Source: an uncultured Clostridia bacterium (GTDB taxonomy: Bacteria; Bacillota; Clostridia; TANB77; CAG-508). Taken from it: a stretch of 64,000 nt of DNA. The position numbers and the translations under genes are program-made. The notes under the pieces were generated by a model that saw only the letters and a program-made list of their open reading frames with translations, was not told the DNA's origin and made no database searches. Positions within the stretch are counted from its first letter, which is position 1; each line of letters starts with the position of its first letter. Location of the stretch: contig CAMMZC010000003.1 in NCBI GenBank assembly GCA_946529215.1, forward strand, positions 3,976 to 67,975, read 5' to 3'. Below, in pieces: positions 35,579-44,631 of the stretch.

Positions 35579-37168
35579 CTAAAAATTAGCATACATTGGC
35601 TGTACTGCCTCATAGTTGATTCCATAAGCTCCAAATAAAAGTATTGCAAAAATTATTAAATAGTAAATAGTCCATCTAATAACTATATTTTTCTTAGAAA
35701 TTTTTTCTCTAACACTTATATCTTTTTCATGCATTATGCTAATTACAAACACTAAAATTGTAAATATAGCAATAATTATAAAATCTTGCACATCCATTCC
35801 AAGTTTTAGAATTGTTCCATCTTTAAATGAATTTAATGAGAAATTTGTAAACATCTTACCAAGCATCTCAAATCCTGATGTAACTGTTGTTGCTCTGAAG
35901 AATAACTCTCCAACAAAAACAAGTAATGTAGTTTTTATTATTTGCAATCCTTTATACCACGCTTTTTCTCTATTTATGTGTAATTTCGCACTAATCCACA
36001 AAACTGCAGGCTCAAATATTTTGCCTGATAAAATAAGTACAAAATGATACATTCCAAAAAATATAAAAGTCCAAGCTGCTCCATGCCAAAGTCCATTACA
36101 GAACCATACACAAAATAGTGCAATAGCACTTGCAATTAATGGTCCATAATATTTTCCAATTTTCTTTCTAGCATTTGTTGTTAATTTTTTTAATGGCTCA
36201 GAAAGTGATAATGGATAAAATATGTAATCTCTGAAAAATGCCCCTAAAGTTATATGCCATCTTGTCCAAAATTCTGATATGTTTTTTGAGAAAAATGGTT
36301 GTTTGAAATTTTCTGGTAATTTTATTCCAAAAATTTCTGATGTTCCAATTACCATATCCATTGTTCCTGAAAAATCCATATAAAGCTGTAATGTATAAAG
36401 AACCATACCAGCTACCATAATTCCGCCATCATATTTTGCATAATTTCGATATATTTCACCTATAAATCTGTTTAGCCTATCTGCAATAATCATTTTCTTA
36501 ATCATACCATAGCTAATTCTTAATAATCCGCTTTTTAAGTTAGCATAAGTAATCTTGTTTCCTTCCCATAATTGCATTGCAGTTTCTGAATATCTGCAAA
36601 TTGGGCCTTCCATAATTTGTGGGAAGAATGTTAAATATAAACTAAGTCTTGCAATATTTTTGTCTGCCTTAATTTTTTCGTGATATATGTCAACCAAATA
36701 CGAAACTGCTTGTAAAGTATAGAATGATATACCTATTGGCATTAATATTTTTGGTATTTGTAGCTTGAATGGTATTTTTAAAGTTTGTAATAAAGAATTT
36801 ACATTTCCACCAATAAATCCTATATATTTTACTACTAACAAAATACCAATATTTACTAAAACTCCAAATGTTAGTACTCTTCTTTGTTTTTTTAAATACT
36901 CTGCTCTTATTTTCTTTTTTTGTTCTTTTTCTGCTTCTTTTAAAATTCCATTTCTTTCATTTTGTAATAGTTCGAGCCAAATTCCTATATAATGTATTAA
37001 AAATGTAGAGCCTATTACATACACAATTAATTTTTTGCTTATAGACCAAAAAAATGCATAGCTAGCAAGCAATAGCACTTTCCATCTGTGTTTTTGTGGA
37101 ACTATGCTATAAGCAATTAATGTTAAAGGAAGAAACATAAAAAGATATGCTACTCCAAAATATGTCAT
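35579..37168 (-). CDS. MBOAT-family membrane O-acyltransferase (DltB/AlgI-like)
   Basis: 529 aa, multipass. Conserved His contexts FWTRWHITLGAFFRDY and NGLWHGAAW are typical of DltB/AlgI. Confidence 0.88.
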   Translation of the reverse strand: MTYFGVAYLFMFLPLTLIAYSIVPQKHRWKVLLLASYAFFWSISKKLIVYVIGSTFLIHYIGIWLELLQNERNGILKEAEKEQKKKIRAEYLKKQRRVLTFGVLVNIGILLVVKYIGFIGGNVNSLLQTLKIPFKLQIPKILMPIGISFYTLQAVSYLVDIYHEKIKADKNIARLSLYLTFFPQIMEGPICRYSETAMQLWEGNKITYANLKSGLLRISYGMIKKMIIADRLNRFIGEIYRNYAKYDGGIMVAGMVLYTLQLYMDFSGTMDMVIGTSEIFGIKLPENFKQPFFSKNISEFWTRWHITLGAFFRDYIFYPLSLSEPLKKLTTNARKKIGKYYGPLIASAIALFCVWFCNGLWHGAAWTFIFFGMYHFVLILSGKIFEPAVLWISAKLHINREKAWYKGLQIIKTTLLVFVGELFFRATTVTSGFEMLGKMFTNFSLNSFKDGTILKLGMDVQDFIIIAIFTILVFVISIMHEKDISVREKISKKNIVIRWTIYYLIIFAILLFGAYGINYEAVQPMYANF

Positions 37169-37238
37169 TTTTATCTTTCCCTTCTCTTACTTCATAATTT
37201 TGTTTTTTTATATCTCAAATTAAAAAGATTTTTGTTTT

Positions 37239-37469
37239 CTACCCTTCTTCTTGCAAACGTGTAATCATTTCCCACATAGCTTTTGCAGAATTAAAGTTAT
37301 CTGGTATTATTTCTACTGTTGGTATTACAATGTCAAATTCATCTTCTAGCTCTGCAACAAGTGAAATGATTGCAAGTGAATCTAAATAATGCTCATCTAT
37401 TAAAGTTGTGCAATTTTCGTAATCTACTCCATCTTCTATTTCTTCTAAAATTTCAATTAATCTTTCCAT
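37239..37469 (-). CDS. Acyl/aminoacyl carrier protein (DltC-like)
   Basis: 76 aa, acidic. Phosphopantetheine attachment motif HYLDSLAIISLV. Confidence 0.85.
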   Translation of the reverse strand: MERLIEILEEIEDGVDYENCTTLIDEHYLDSLAIISLVAELEDEFDIVIPTVEIIPDNFNSAKAMWEMITRLQEEG

Positions 37470-37600
37470 TTTTAACTTCCTTTCTAGGGACAGATTTCAG
37501 TTCCCATTTTACTTTAATATTTATTAACCTTTATTTATGAACTTTAGTTTATTATATATTTTATCAATAGCCAATTTCTCTTGGGGAAATACGTTCTTTT

Positions 37601-37808
37601 TTTTAAAAAATTTCGACGCACCCCCTTTTTTGGCACAAGCATAAGGATTAGCGGTAATCAATTTTTAGCGTTATTTTTGTTTAAAATCTCGCATTTTTTT
37701 ATAAAAGTCGTTATTTTTTAATCTCATTAATTTTAGCGATATTATTATATTAGGTATGATGCGTCTTGTTTGATTACAATTTTTGCGTCCAAATTTTTTA
37801 AAAATTTT
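37601..37808. mobile_element. MITE-like element, family A, copy 1
   Basis: ~208 bp, non-coding. Terminal inverted repeats AAAAATTTCGACGCA ... TGCGTCCAAATTTTT. The first ~65 bp and last ~30 bp are near-identical to 51463..51669. It is inserted between the decarboxylase and carrier-protein genes. Confidence 0.6.
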
Positions 37809-37915
37809 ATATATTATCTATATGTTTTTAAAAATTTAAGCTTATTTAACATAATAGTTTTTCTTATTTAATGATTGAATTTTAAAGATATTTTTATTAA
37901 TGAAAGTTCAGCCTG

Positions 37916-39160
37916 TTAAAAATAATAACTTGCCTTGTTTAAAGTATATGTTTCAAATGCCTCTCTTACTAATTTGAGTTTTCCACCTTTAAGTAAAGCA
38001 ACTTCTGGCAATTCTCTACTTAAAAATAGTGAAATTCCTTCTGTCATACAATAAGCTCCTGTGTTTTTAAATATAAACACATCTCCTACTTGTAAATTAC
38101 TTACAGGATATTGTTTTATAATTATATCATTTATTGTACAAAGTGAACCCATAAGATTCCAAGCTTCTGTATTGTTGTTATCTTGCTCTGTTTTTTTGTT
38201 TTCACGCTCTTCTTTATTATCGTCTTGCTCAATATTAGTGTTATCTCGCAATTGATATATTTCAAGATGTGGAAACTTCATTGCCATTGTTTGTCCATAA
38301 TAAACTAAGTGATGAATTCCTCCATCTAGTATAGCATAATTTTGACACTTATTTGTCTTTTTGTCAACTACTTTTGTTAAATAATATCCACAAGAAGCCG
38401 CAATGCTTCTGCCAAGCTCAATTACAATTTTTCCTTTATATTTCATATTGTCAATTCCGTTAGAGAATTCTTTTAAAAATTCTACTTCATCAAATTCTTC
38501 TCCTTGGAAATAATGCACAGGAAAACCTGTTCCAAATTCAAGCTCTTCTACTATGTAGTTATATTTTTCTTCTAGTCTTGCTAAAAACTCATCTAAATAA
38601 TCTATTTCTTTTTGAAGCCTTTTGTTTGTTCTTTTTTGAGTTCCTGAAAAATATTGAATTCCTTCAAAATTCAAGTTTGTATAAGAATCTTTTTTAGATA
38701 TTATTTCTTCTATATCTTCTTCATTTATTCCAAATTGATTTCCACTTGTAAGTCTAAGTAAAACATTTAGTTTTACATTATGTTTTTTTGAAAGTTCATC
38801 TAAAAGCTTTAACTGTTCTTGCGACTCAACTGTGTATCTTCCAATTTTTTTGTTTGATGTGATCATATATTCTATTACACTTGGAGTTTTATACACTCCA
38901 GAAATAACTATTTTTTCAGGTGTAATACTTGATTCTTCACATATGCTGTATTCCCCTGGAGAACATACTTCAAATCTGTCTACATCATCATTTATTTCTT
39001 TTACAATAAATGTATTTGCTTTTATTGCATAACATAGTTCAAGCCTATTTGTTAAATTTTCTCTTAAAAATCTAATTCTTTGTTTTAGCTTGTCAATGTC
39101 AAATACATAAATTGGTGTTTCATATTTTTTTAAGATTTTTTCTATAATTTCTTGTTTCAT
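37916..39160 (-). CDS. Fold-type III PLP-dependent decarboxylase (Orn/DAP/Arg decarboxylase family)
   Basis: 414 aa. TPIYVFD ... CYAIKAN (PLP lysine), ILDGGIHH, and C-terminal GSLCTINDII (the family's active-site Cys region). It has an Asn/Asp/Glu-rich insertion QLRDNTNIEQDDNKEERENKKTEQDNNNTE. Confidence 0.8.
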   Translation of the reverse strand: MKQEIIEKILKKYETPIYVFDIDKLKQRIRFLRENLTNRLELCYAIKANTFIVKEINDDVDRFEVCSPGEYSICEESSITPEKIVISGVYKTPSVIEYMITSNKKIGRYTVESQEQLKLLDELSKKHNVKLNVLLRLTSGNQFGINEEDIEEIISKKDSYTNLNFEGIQYFSGTQKRTNKRLQKEIDYLDEFLARLEEKYNYIVEELEFGTGFPVHYFQGEEFDEVEFLKEFSNGIDNMKYKGKIVIELGRSIAASCGYYLTKVVDKKTNKCQNYAILDGGIHHLVYYGQTMAMKFPHLEIYQLRDNTNIEQDDNKEERENKKTEQDNNNTEAWNLMGSLCTINDIIIKQYPVSNLQVGDVFIFKNTGAYCMTEGISLFLSRELPEVALLKGGKLKLVREAFETYTLNKASYYF

Positions 39161-39221
39161 TTTTTCTCCTTCATTATTATATTTGATTAAAAAATCTACG
39201 CACTGAAAAAAGTAATTTTTA

Positions 39222-40727
39222 TTATTTTTTTAAGATTAGTGCCAACTCTTTCCTATCAATCTTCCCATTTTTAGTAATTGGAAATTTCTCTATTTGAGTA
39301 ATTTTATTAGGGACCATAAATACCGGTAAATTTTCTTTCAAATATTTAACAACTTCATCTTTTTCTATATTTCCAACATAAAAGCCATAAAGTTTTCCTT
39401 TTTGCTCATTAAATAAGCAGCAACTTCTTTCAACTCCAGTTACTTTTTCCATTGCTCTTTCTATTTCTTCAAGCTCAATTCTATGTCCCATGTGTTTTAT
39501 TTGAAAATCTTTCCTTCCCATAAAAACAATTTCGCCATCTTTGTTATATGTACCTAAATCTCCTGTTTTATATATCATATCTATATATTTGTCATTTAAA
39601 GGATTTTGCACAAAATGTGATGAAGTTTGTTCTTTGTTGTTAAAATACCCTAATGCTAAACAAGTTCCTTTTACACAAATTTCACCCTGTGTGTCTGCAT
39701 CTGTAATTAGTTTATCATCTTCATCTAATAAAAGCACTTGCTCATTTGGAAATGGCTTTCCTGCTGGGATTTTTTCGTAATTTAAATTTTTGTCTACTAT
39801 ATGATATGTGCAATTACATGTAATTTCTGTTGGTCCATATAAATTAACATACATTGCATTTGGCAAATGTTCTATCCATTGTTTTAAATGCTTAATTGGC
39901 ATTACTTCTCCACTAAACATAACTTTATTTACTGTTTCTGGTGTTTTGTAATCTAATGCATGGAAAGTTGTAATTAAGCAAAGTGCAGATACTGCCCAAA
40001 TAAGAGTTGTAACTTTGTTGTTGCAAATATAGTCAAGTAATTCTGCAGGTAGAGAAAATAGCCTTTTAGGAATTATGACTAGAGTTGCACCTTGCGAAAT
40101 ACTTGAATATATATCTTTTACAGATACATCAAAATCAAATGGTGCTTGATTTCCTATAATATCGTTTTCTGTTATATTAAAAATCTCAGTAAAATTATCT
40201 ATAAAGTCAATTACAGACCTATTTCCAACCAATACTCCTTTTGGCACACCTGTTGAACCTGAGGTAAAATTCGCATATAGTGGGTCTAAGTCAAGTGCAG
40301 CGTTTCTTATTTCTTTTAGCTTAGTTTCTCCTATTTCTGTGTTTTTTAAATCTTCTAATAATAAAATGTCTTCTTTATTTATTAACTCTGCTGCTATTTC
40401 TTCATGTGCTTTATCTGTAACAATATTTTTCGCACCTAAAACATTTATTATATGTTCTAGTCTTACTTTGGGTAAATCTGGATTTAGCAAAACATAAAAA
40501 CAACCTGCATATACTGCTCCAAAAAACGTTGCTAATGTATCTTTTCCTTTTTCCATTAAAACTGGCACAGGATTTCTTGGCTCATAATATTTGCTTAATC
40601 CTGTTCCTATTTTTTTGCTTAAATTTGTTAATTCTTTGTATGTATATTTTCCTTTTTCATCTATTACTGCTATTTTCTCACTATTTTTTTGAGTACTATT
40701 TTCTAAGTATTCTAATACTGTTTTCAT
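39222..40727 (-). CDS. Amino-acid adenylating enzyme (DltA-like AMP-dependent ligase)
   Basis: 501 aa. FTSGSTGVPKG, NLYGPTE, YKTGDL and GRKDFQIKHMGHRIELEEIE adenylation core motifs. Size matches a stand-alone A domain like DltA. Confidence 0.85.
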   Translation of the reverse strand: MKTVLEYLENSTQKNSEKIAVIDEKGKYTYKELTNLSKKIGTGLSKYYEPRNPVPVLMEKGKDTLATFFGAVYAGCFYVLLNPDLPKVRLEHIINVLGAKNIVTDKAHEEIAAELINKEDILLLEDLKNTEIGETKLKEIRNAALDLDPLYANFTSGSTGVPKGVLVGNRSVIDFIDNFTEIFNITENDIIGNQAPFDFDVSVKDIYSSISQGATLVIIPKRLFSLPAELLDYICNNKVTTLIWAVSALCLITTFHALDYKTPETVNKVMFSGEVMPIKHLKQWIEHLPNAMYVNLYGPTEITCNCTYHIVDKNLNYEKIPAGKPFPNEQVLLLDEDDKLITDADTQGEICVKGTCLALGYFNNKEQTSSHFVQNPLNDKYIDMIYKTGDLGTYNKDGEIVFMGRKDFQIKHMGHRIELEEIERAMEKVTGVERSCCLFNEQKGKLYGFYVGNIEKDEVVKYLKENLPVFMVPNKITQIEKFPITKNGKIDRKELALILKK

Positions 40728-40851
40728 TTATTTTATATCCCCTTTTATCTATCTGCTAAATTTTTTTTAACTTGTTTTTATTTATGATAATACATTATTT
40801 AGATTAAATAGTTTTGTATTTGGTTCATTTATTTTAAAATAATCTTTTAAT

Positions 40852-41559
40852 CTATCTGATTAAATCTTTTATAACTTCTCCAGCTAAAATAAGTCCTGCA
40901 ACTGAAGGAACAAAAGAAATGCTTCCTGGAATTTGTTTATTTGTTTCTTCATCAAAAATATTTGTTTTTATAGGTTCTTCTTTTGAATAGACTACTTTTA
41001 AACTTTCTACTCCTCTTTGCTTTAATTCTTTTCTCATAACTTTAGCTAAAGGACATATACTTGTTTTGTAAATATCTTCTACTTCAAATTTTGTAGGATC
41101 TAATTTATTCCCTGTTCCCATACATGAAATAACAGGAATATTATGACTTTTTGCTCTTACTATAATCTCTATTTTAGCTGTTACTGTATCTACACAATCT
41201 ATAATATAATCTATTTTTTCGTTAAAAAAGTCTATGCTCTCTGGCATAAAAAAATCTTTATGAATTTCAATTTTTGCATTTGGATTTATATCTAAAATTC
41301 TTTGTTTAGCTACTTCTACTTTTGACATTCCTATCGTTTGGTGAGTTGCAATTATTTGTCTATTTATATTGGTTTCATCAACCACATCTTTATCTATTAA
41401 AATAAAACTTCCAACTCCTGCTCTTACTAATCCTTCCACAACATAAGAACCGACTCCACCTATCCCAAATACTGCAACTTTTGAGTTTTGGAGTTTTTTT
41501 ATAGATTCTTTTCCAATTAAAACTTCAGTTCTTGAAAATTGACTTGTCAATATTCTCAC
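40852..41559 (-). CDS. tcdA: tRNA threonylcarbamoyladenosine dehydratase (ThiF/E1-like)
   Basis: 235 aa. VAVFGIGGVGSYVVEGLVRAGVGSFILIDKDVVDETNINRQ Rossmann/E1 motif. Length and sequence match TcdA/CsdL. Confidence 0.8.
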   Translation of the reverse strand: MRILTSQFSRTEVLIGKESIKKLQNSKVAVFGIGGVGSYVVEGLVRAGVGSFILIDKDVVDETNINRQIIATHQTIGMSKVEVAKQRILDINPNAKIEIHKDFFMPESIDFFNEKIDYIIDCVDTVTAKIEIIVRAKSHNIPVISCMGTGNKLDPTKFEVEDIYKTSICPLAKVMRKELKQRGVESLKVVYSKEEPIKTNIFDEETNKQIPGSISFVPSVAGLILAGEVIKDLIR

Positions 41560-41653
41560 TTCTTTCTTTTATGTTATTATTCTACTACATTTACGTTATA
41601 AATGCAAGTGATTTTAATTATTCTTTTACTAGTCATAAACACTTTAATGTAAA

Positions 41654-41693
41654 CAAAAAAATCCTCTAAGCAAATCAAAATTAATGCTTAGAG
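41654..41693 (-). terminator. Rho-independent terminator after rpsR
   Basis: Minus strand reads CTCTAAGCA-12 nt-TGCTTAGAG followed by GATTTTTTT, 9 nt after the rpsR stop. Confidence 0.75.
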
Positions 41694-41701
41694 AATAAAC
41701 A

Positions 41702-41986
41702 TTATTCAGCTGTATATGGTAATACAGCGATTTGTCTAGCTCTTTTTATAGCTAGAGTAATATCTCTTTGATGTTTTGCACATGCCCCTGTTGTTCTTCT
41801 AGGTAATATTTTACCTTTATCATTAACGAACTTTTTCATACAATCGAAGTTTTTATAATCTAAAACAAAGTTTGCATCTCCACAAAGTGGGCACACTTTT
41901 TTTCTTTGTTTTCTTAATCTTGGATTGTAATCTTCATCATAATTTTTATTGTTTCTGTTATTTCTCTTATTTTTCTTATCTGCCAT
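41702..41986 (-). CDS. rpsR: 30S ribosomal protein S18 (with basic N-terminal extension)
   Basis: C-terminal [34 protein letters not shown] is canonical S18. The N-terminal ~25 aa are Asn/Lys/Arg-rich. Confidence 0.95.
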   Translation of the reverse strand: MADKKNKRNNRNNKNYDEDYNPRLRKQRKKVCPLCGDANFVLDYKNFDCMKKFVNDKGKILPRRTTGACAKHQRDITLAIKRARQIAVLPYTAE

Positions 41987-42011
41987 TTATTTCACCCCTT
42001 ATACTAATTTT

Positions 42012-42455
42012 TTAGAATGGTAAATCATCAGTGCTAGATACTTCAAAATCCGAACCTGCTCCTGAATCTCCTTCCATTCCACCTGGCATTGTTGAACCAA
42101 AAGCATTATCAAAAGCTGCACTAACGCCTTCTCCATCTCTCTTGCTGTCTGCAAAGTATGTTTCCTCAGCTACAACTTCTGTTATATAATGTCTTCCTTT
42201 ATCATCATCCCAAGTTCTTGTTTGAAGTCTTCCAATAACTCCTACTTGTTGACCTTTTTTAAAGTATTTACTGCAAAACTCTCCATTTTTTCCCCATGCT
42301 ACAATATTGAAAAAATCTGCTTGTCTTTCCTCTCCCTGTCTTACAAATCTTCTATTTACTGCTAGTGCAAATGAAGCTACTAATGTATTTGAAGTTTGAG
42401 TATATCTAACTTCTGGATCCTTTGTTAATCTTCCCATTAAAATTACTTTGTTCAT
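42012..42455 (-). CDS. ssb: Single-stranded DNA-binding protein
   Basis: MNKVILMGRLTKDPEVRYT OB-fold start, a Gly-rich linker and the C-terminal acidic tip DDLPF. Confidence 0.95.
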   Translation of the reverse strand: MNKVILMGRLTKDPEVRYTQTSNTLVASFALAVNRRFVRQGEERQADFFNIVAWGKNGEFCSKYFKKGQQVGVIGRLQTRTWDDDKGRHYITEVVAEETYFADSKRDGEGVSAAFDNAFGSTMPGGMEGDSGAGSDFEVSSTDDLPF

Positions 42456-42539
42456 TTTTTATCACATACCTTTCTACTTTAAAAAAGCCCCTATTCTTTT
42501 TCTTTATTCTTTAATATTTTTAATTATCTTGTGCATTTT

Positions 42540-42824
42540 TTATTTGTCTTTTCTTACAACGATGAATTTTAAAACTTCATCTGTGATTCTGTAATTTCTT
42601 TCTAATTCGGCAATTGAATCAGGTTTAGCTTCGAAATTAATTAGCATATATGTAGCTTCTTTATTCTTTTTGATCTCATATGCTAATTTTTTCTTACCCA
42701 TATTCTCTACAGATTCTACTTTTCCGTTTTCATTAATTAACCCTGTAAATTTACTTTCTAAAGCTTTTATAGCTTCTTCAGTACAATTTGGATTAATAAT
42801 GATTACACTCTCGTATTTATTCAT
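42540..42824 (-). CDS. rpsF: 30S ribosomal protein S6
   Basis: MNKYESVIIINP... 94 aa. First gene of the conserved rpsF-ssb-rpsR order. Confidence 0.93.
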   Translation of the reverse strand: MNKYESVIIINPNCTEEAIKALESKFTGLINENGKVESVENMGKKKLAYEIKKNKEATYMLINFEAKPDSIAELERNYRITDEVLKFIVVRKDK

Positions 42825-42965
42825 TATTTACACCTCCTTTTGGATTTATAACCCACAATCATAATTGTGAGTAAGGATGTTAATCATCGTTAACATTTAA
42901 CAAATACTATTCTATCACAAAAATTCTCTCTTTGCAAGTTTTTTTTAATTATTGTTTGAAATTTT

Positions 42966-43382
42966 TTAGTTTGCTATAGCTAATTTAAGTTCTTTTATTT
43001 CATTTTCATTTGAAATAATTCTAGCTTCTAACTTAGCATCGCGTTCATAGGTTATAGAGGATACTACATTTATTGCATTAACTACATCTTCTACTATTTC
43101 TTCTTTTTGTTTCTTTAAATCTTCTTTAAATTCTGCTCTTAATTCTTTTAAATCTTCTTTAAATTCTGCTCTTAATTCTTTTAAATCTTCTTTAGTTGCA
43201 AATTTCTTTAAGTCTTCTTTAGTTGCAAATTTCTTTAAGTCTTCTTTAGTTGCAAATTTCTTTGCTTCTTCTTTTGTAACCATATTTTTCAACTCACTTC
43301 TTATTTCGTCTAAAGCTGTTTGAAAATTATTAAATCCTTTTAATAATGTAATAAGTATATCATCTCTTTCTTTATTAGTCAT
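42966..43382 (-). CDS. Coiled-coil protein with in-frame tandem repeats (DUF1640-like?)
   Basis: 138 aa. KFATKEDLK occurs three times and ELRAEFKEDLK twice, encoded by perfect DNA tandem repeats. The remainder is heptad-like. Confidence 0.7.
   Translation of the reverse strand: MTNKERDDILITLLKGFNNFQTALDEIRSELKNMVTKEEAKKFATKEDLKKFATKEDLKKFATKEDLKELRAEFKEDLKELRAEFKEDLKKQKEEIVEDVVNAINVVSSITYERDAKLEARIISNENEIKELKLAIAN
43118..43267. repeat. Intragenic tandem repeats (2 x 33 bp, then about 3 x 27 bp)
   Basis: AAATCTTCTTTAAATTCTGCTCTTAATTCTTTT occurs twice (43118-43183). TCTTCTTTAGTTGCAAATTTCTTTAAG follows about three times (43187-43267). Both unit lengths are multiples of 3. Confidence 0.85.
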
Positions 43383-43775
43383 TTATTTCCTCCTTTCCTT
43401 GCTTCTAAATAATTTCTAGAAAACATTTTAATTGTATTTTTAAATATCCTCATATATAGTTAAATCATTTTTTATAAATTTTAGCATCTTCACACCTCCT
43501 AGTCTAAAATAATTTAGTATATTTAGCAAATAGCCTATCCAACCATTAATTAGTATTATATTTTATTTTTTTTATTTTTCTCTTTTTTTCTTTGATTTTT
43601 ATAAGAATCAAATTATTTGAAATAATTATCAATAATAAAAAAATATGTCTTACTGAAAAAGAAATTATTTTATCTTGTATAAGCAATAAAAACTATTGCA
43701 ATTAATATATTATCACAAAATATATAATAATGCAATAGTTTTTTAAAAAAATTACCAAATTTTTACATTTAATTA

Positions 43776-43863
43776 TTACAATTCACATCCGAAAATATTT
43801 TTTTAGTAAATGTAAATATTTATATATTAACTTTAAACAGTACAACAATAAGCTGTGAATTAT
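43776..43863. repeat. Uninterrupted copy of the palindromic element found in the nrdD leader
   Basis: TTACAATTCACATCCGAAAATATTTTTTTAG...ATTTATATATTAACTTTAAACAGTACAACAATAAGCTGTGAATTAT. Both ends align with 33456-33485 and 33585-33650. Terminal inverted repeat AATTCACA/TGTGAATT. Confidence 0.7.
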
Positions 43864-43872
43864 ATCATTTAG

Positions 43873-44520
43873 CTAATATCCTCTTGGTTTTAGTTCCAAA
43901 TAAATAGGTTTTTCTTCTCTAATCATAGTAGATTTTCCATGACCTGGATATACAATTGTTTCATCAGGTAATTTCATAAGTTTATTTGTAATAGAATCTA
44001 TTATATCTACAAAACTAGATGTTGGTAAATCTGTTCTTCCCCAAGCACCTCTAAATAAAGTATCTCCAGATATTAATAATTTTTCAGATTCACAATAAAG
44101 TGAAGATGAACCTATTGTATGTCCAGGTGTGTGGATTACTTTAAACTCTAAATTTCCAAGATGAATTAAATCTCCGTCATCAATTCGAGAATCTGCTTCT
44201 AATTCAATCTCAGGCATATCTATTATTTGGGTTAAATTTATACTCATATCATTAAGCCCCTCCGCATCAAACCTGTGAATTAAAACTTTTCCGCCTTTTC
44301 TATTTTTTAGTTCTGTAATCCCACTAATATGATCACCATGACAATGTGTAATATAAATATATTTAAGGTTTGAATTCAAAATTTCAAGCACTTCAACTAT
44401 CCTATCTACATCACCTGCAGGGTCTACTACCATAGTCTCTTTTGTTTCTTCATCACAAATCACATAACAATTCGTAGGATCTCCAATCCAAGTTTTAATT
44501 TTTAATCTTTTAAGTATCAT
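43873..44520 (-). CDS. MBL-fold metallo-hydrolase (glyoxalase II-like)
   Basis: 215 aa. THCHGDHISG (HxHxDH), then downstream His/Asp ligands (HTPGHT, GDTLF, PGHG). Confidence 0.85.
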   Translation of the reverse strand: MILKRLKIKTWIGDPTNCYVICDEETKETMVVDPAGDVDRIVEVLEILNSNLKYIYITHCHGDHISGITELKNRKGGKVLIHRFDAEGLNDMSINLTQIIDMPEIELEADSRIDDGDLIHLGNLEFKVIHTPGHTIGSSSLYCESEKLLISGDTLFRGAWGRTDLPTSSFVDIIDSITNKLMKLPDETIVYPGHGKSTMIREEKPIYLELKPRGY

Positions 44521-44631
44521 TTATAATTTATCCTCCAATATTTTATTTAAATTAAACAATAAATTTTAAAGCGAAAAAGTTTTAACGAAACGAATTACAA
44601 TTTCTATTAAGTATGAGGTGGAGGTGCTTTA

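Noticed and set aside
43118-43267. Regular short repeats that could suggest a CRISPR array
   Set aside because: The repeats are contiguous with no spacers. Unit lengths (33 and 27 bp) are multiples of three. They lie in frame inside an ORF. No cas genes are nearby.
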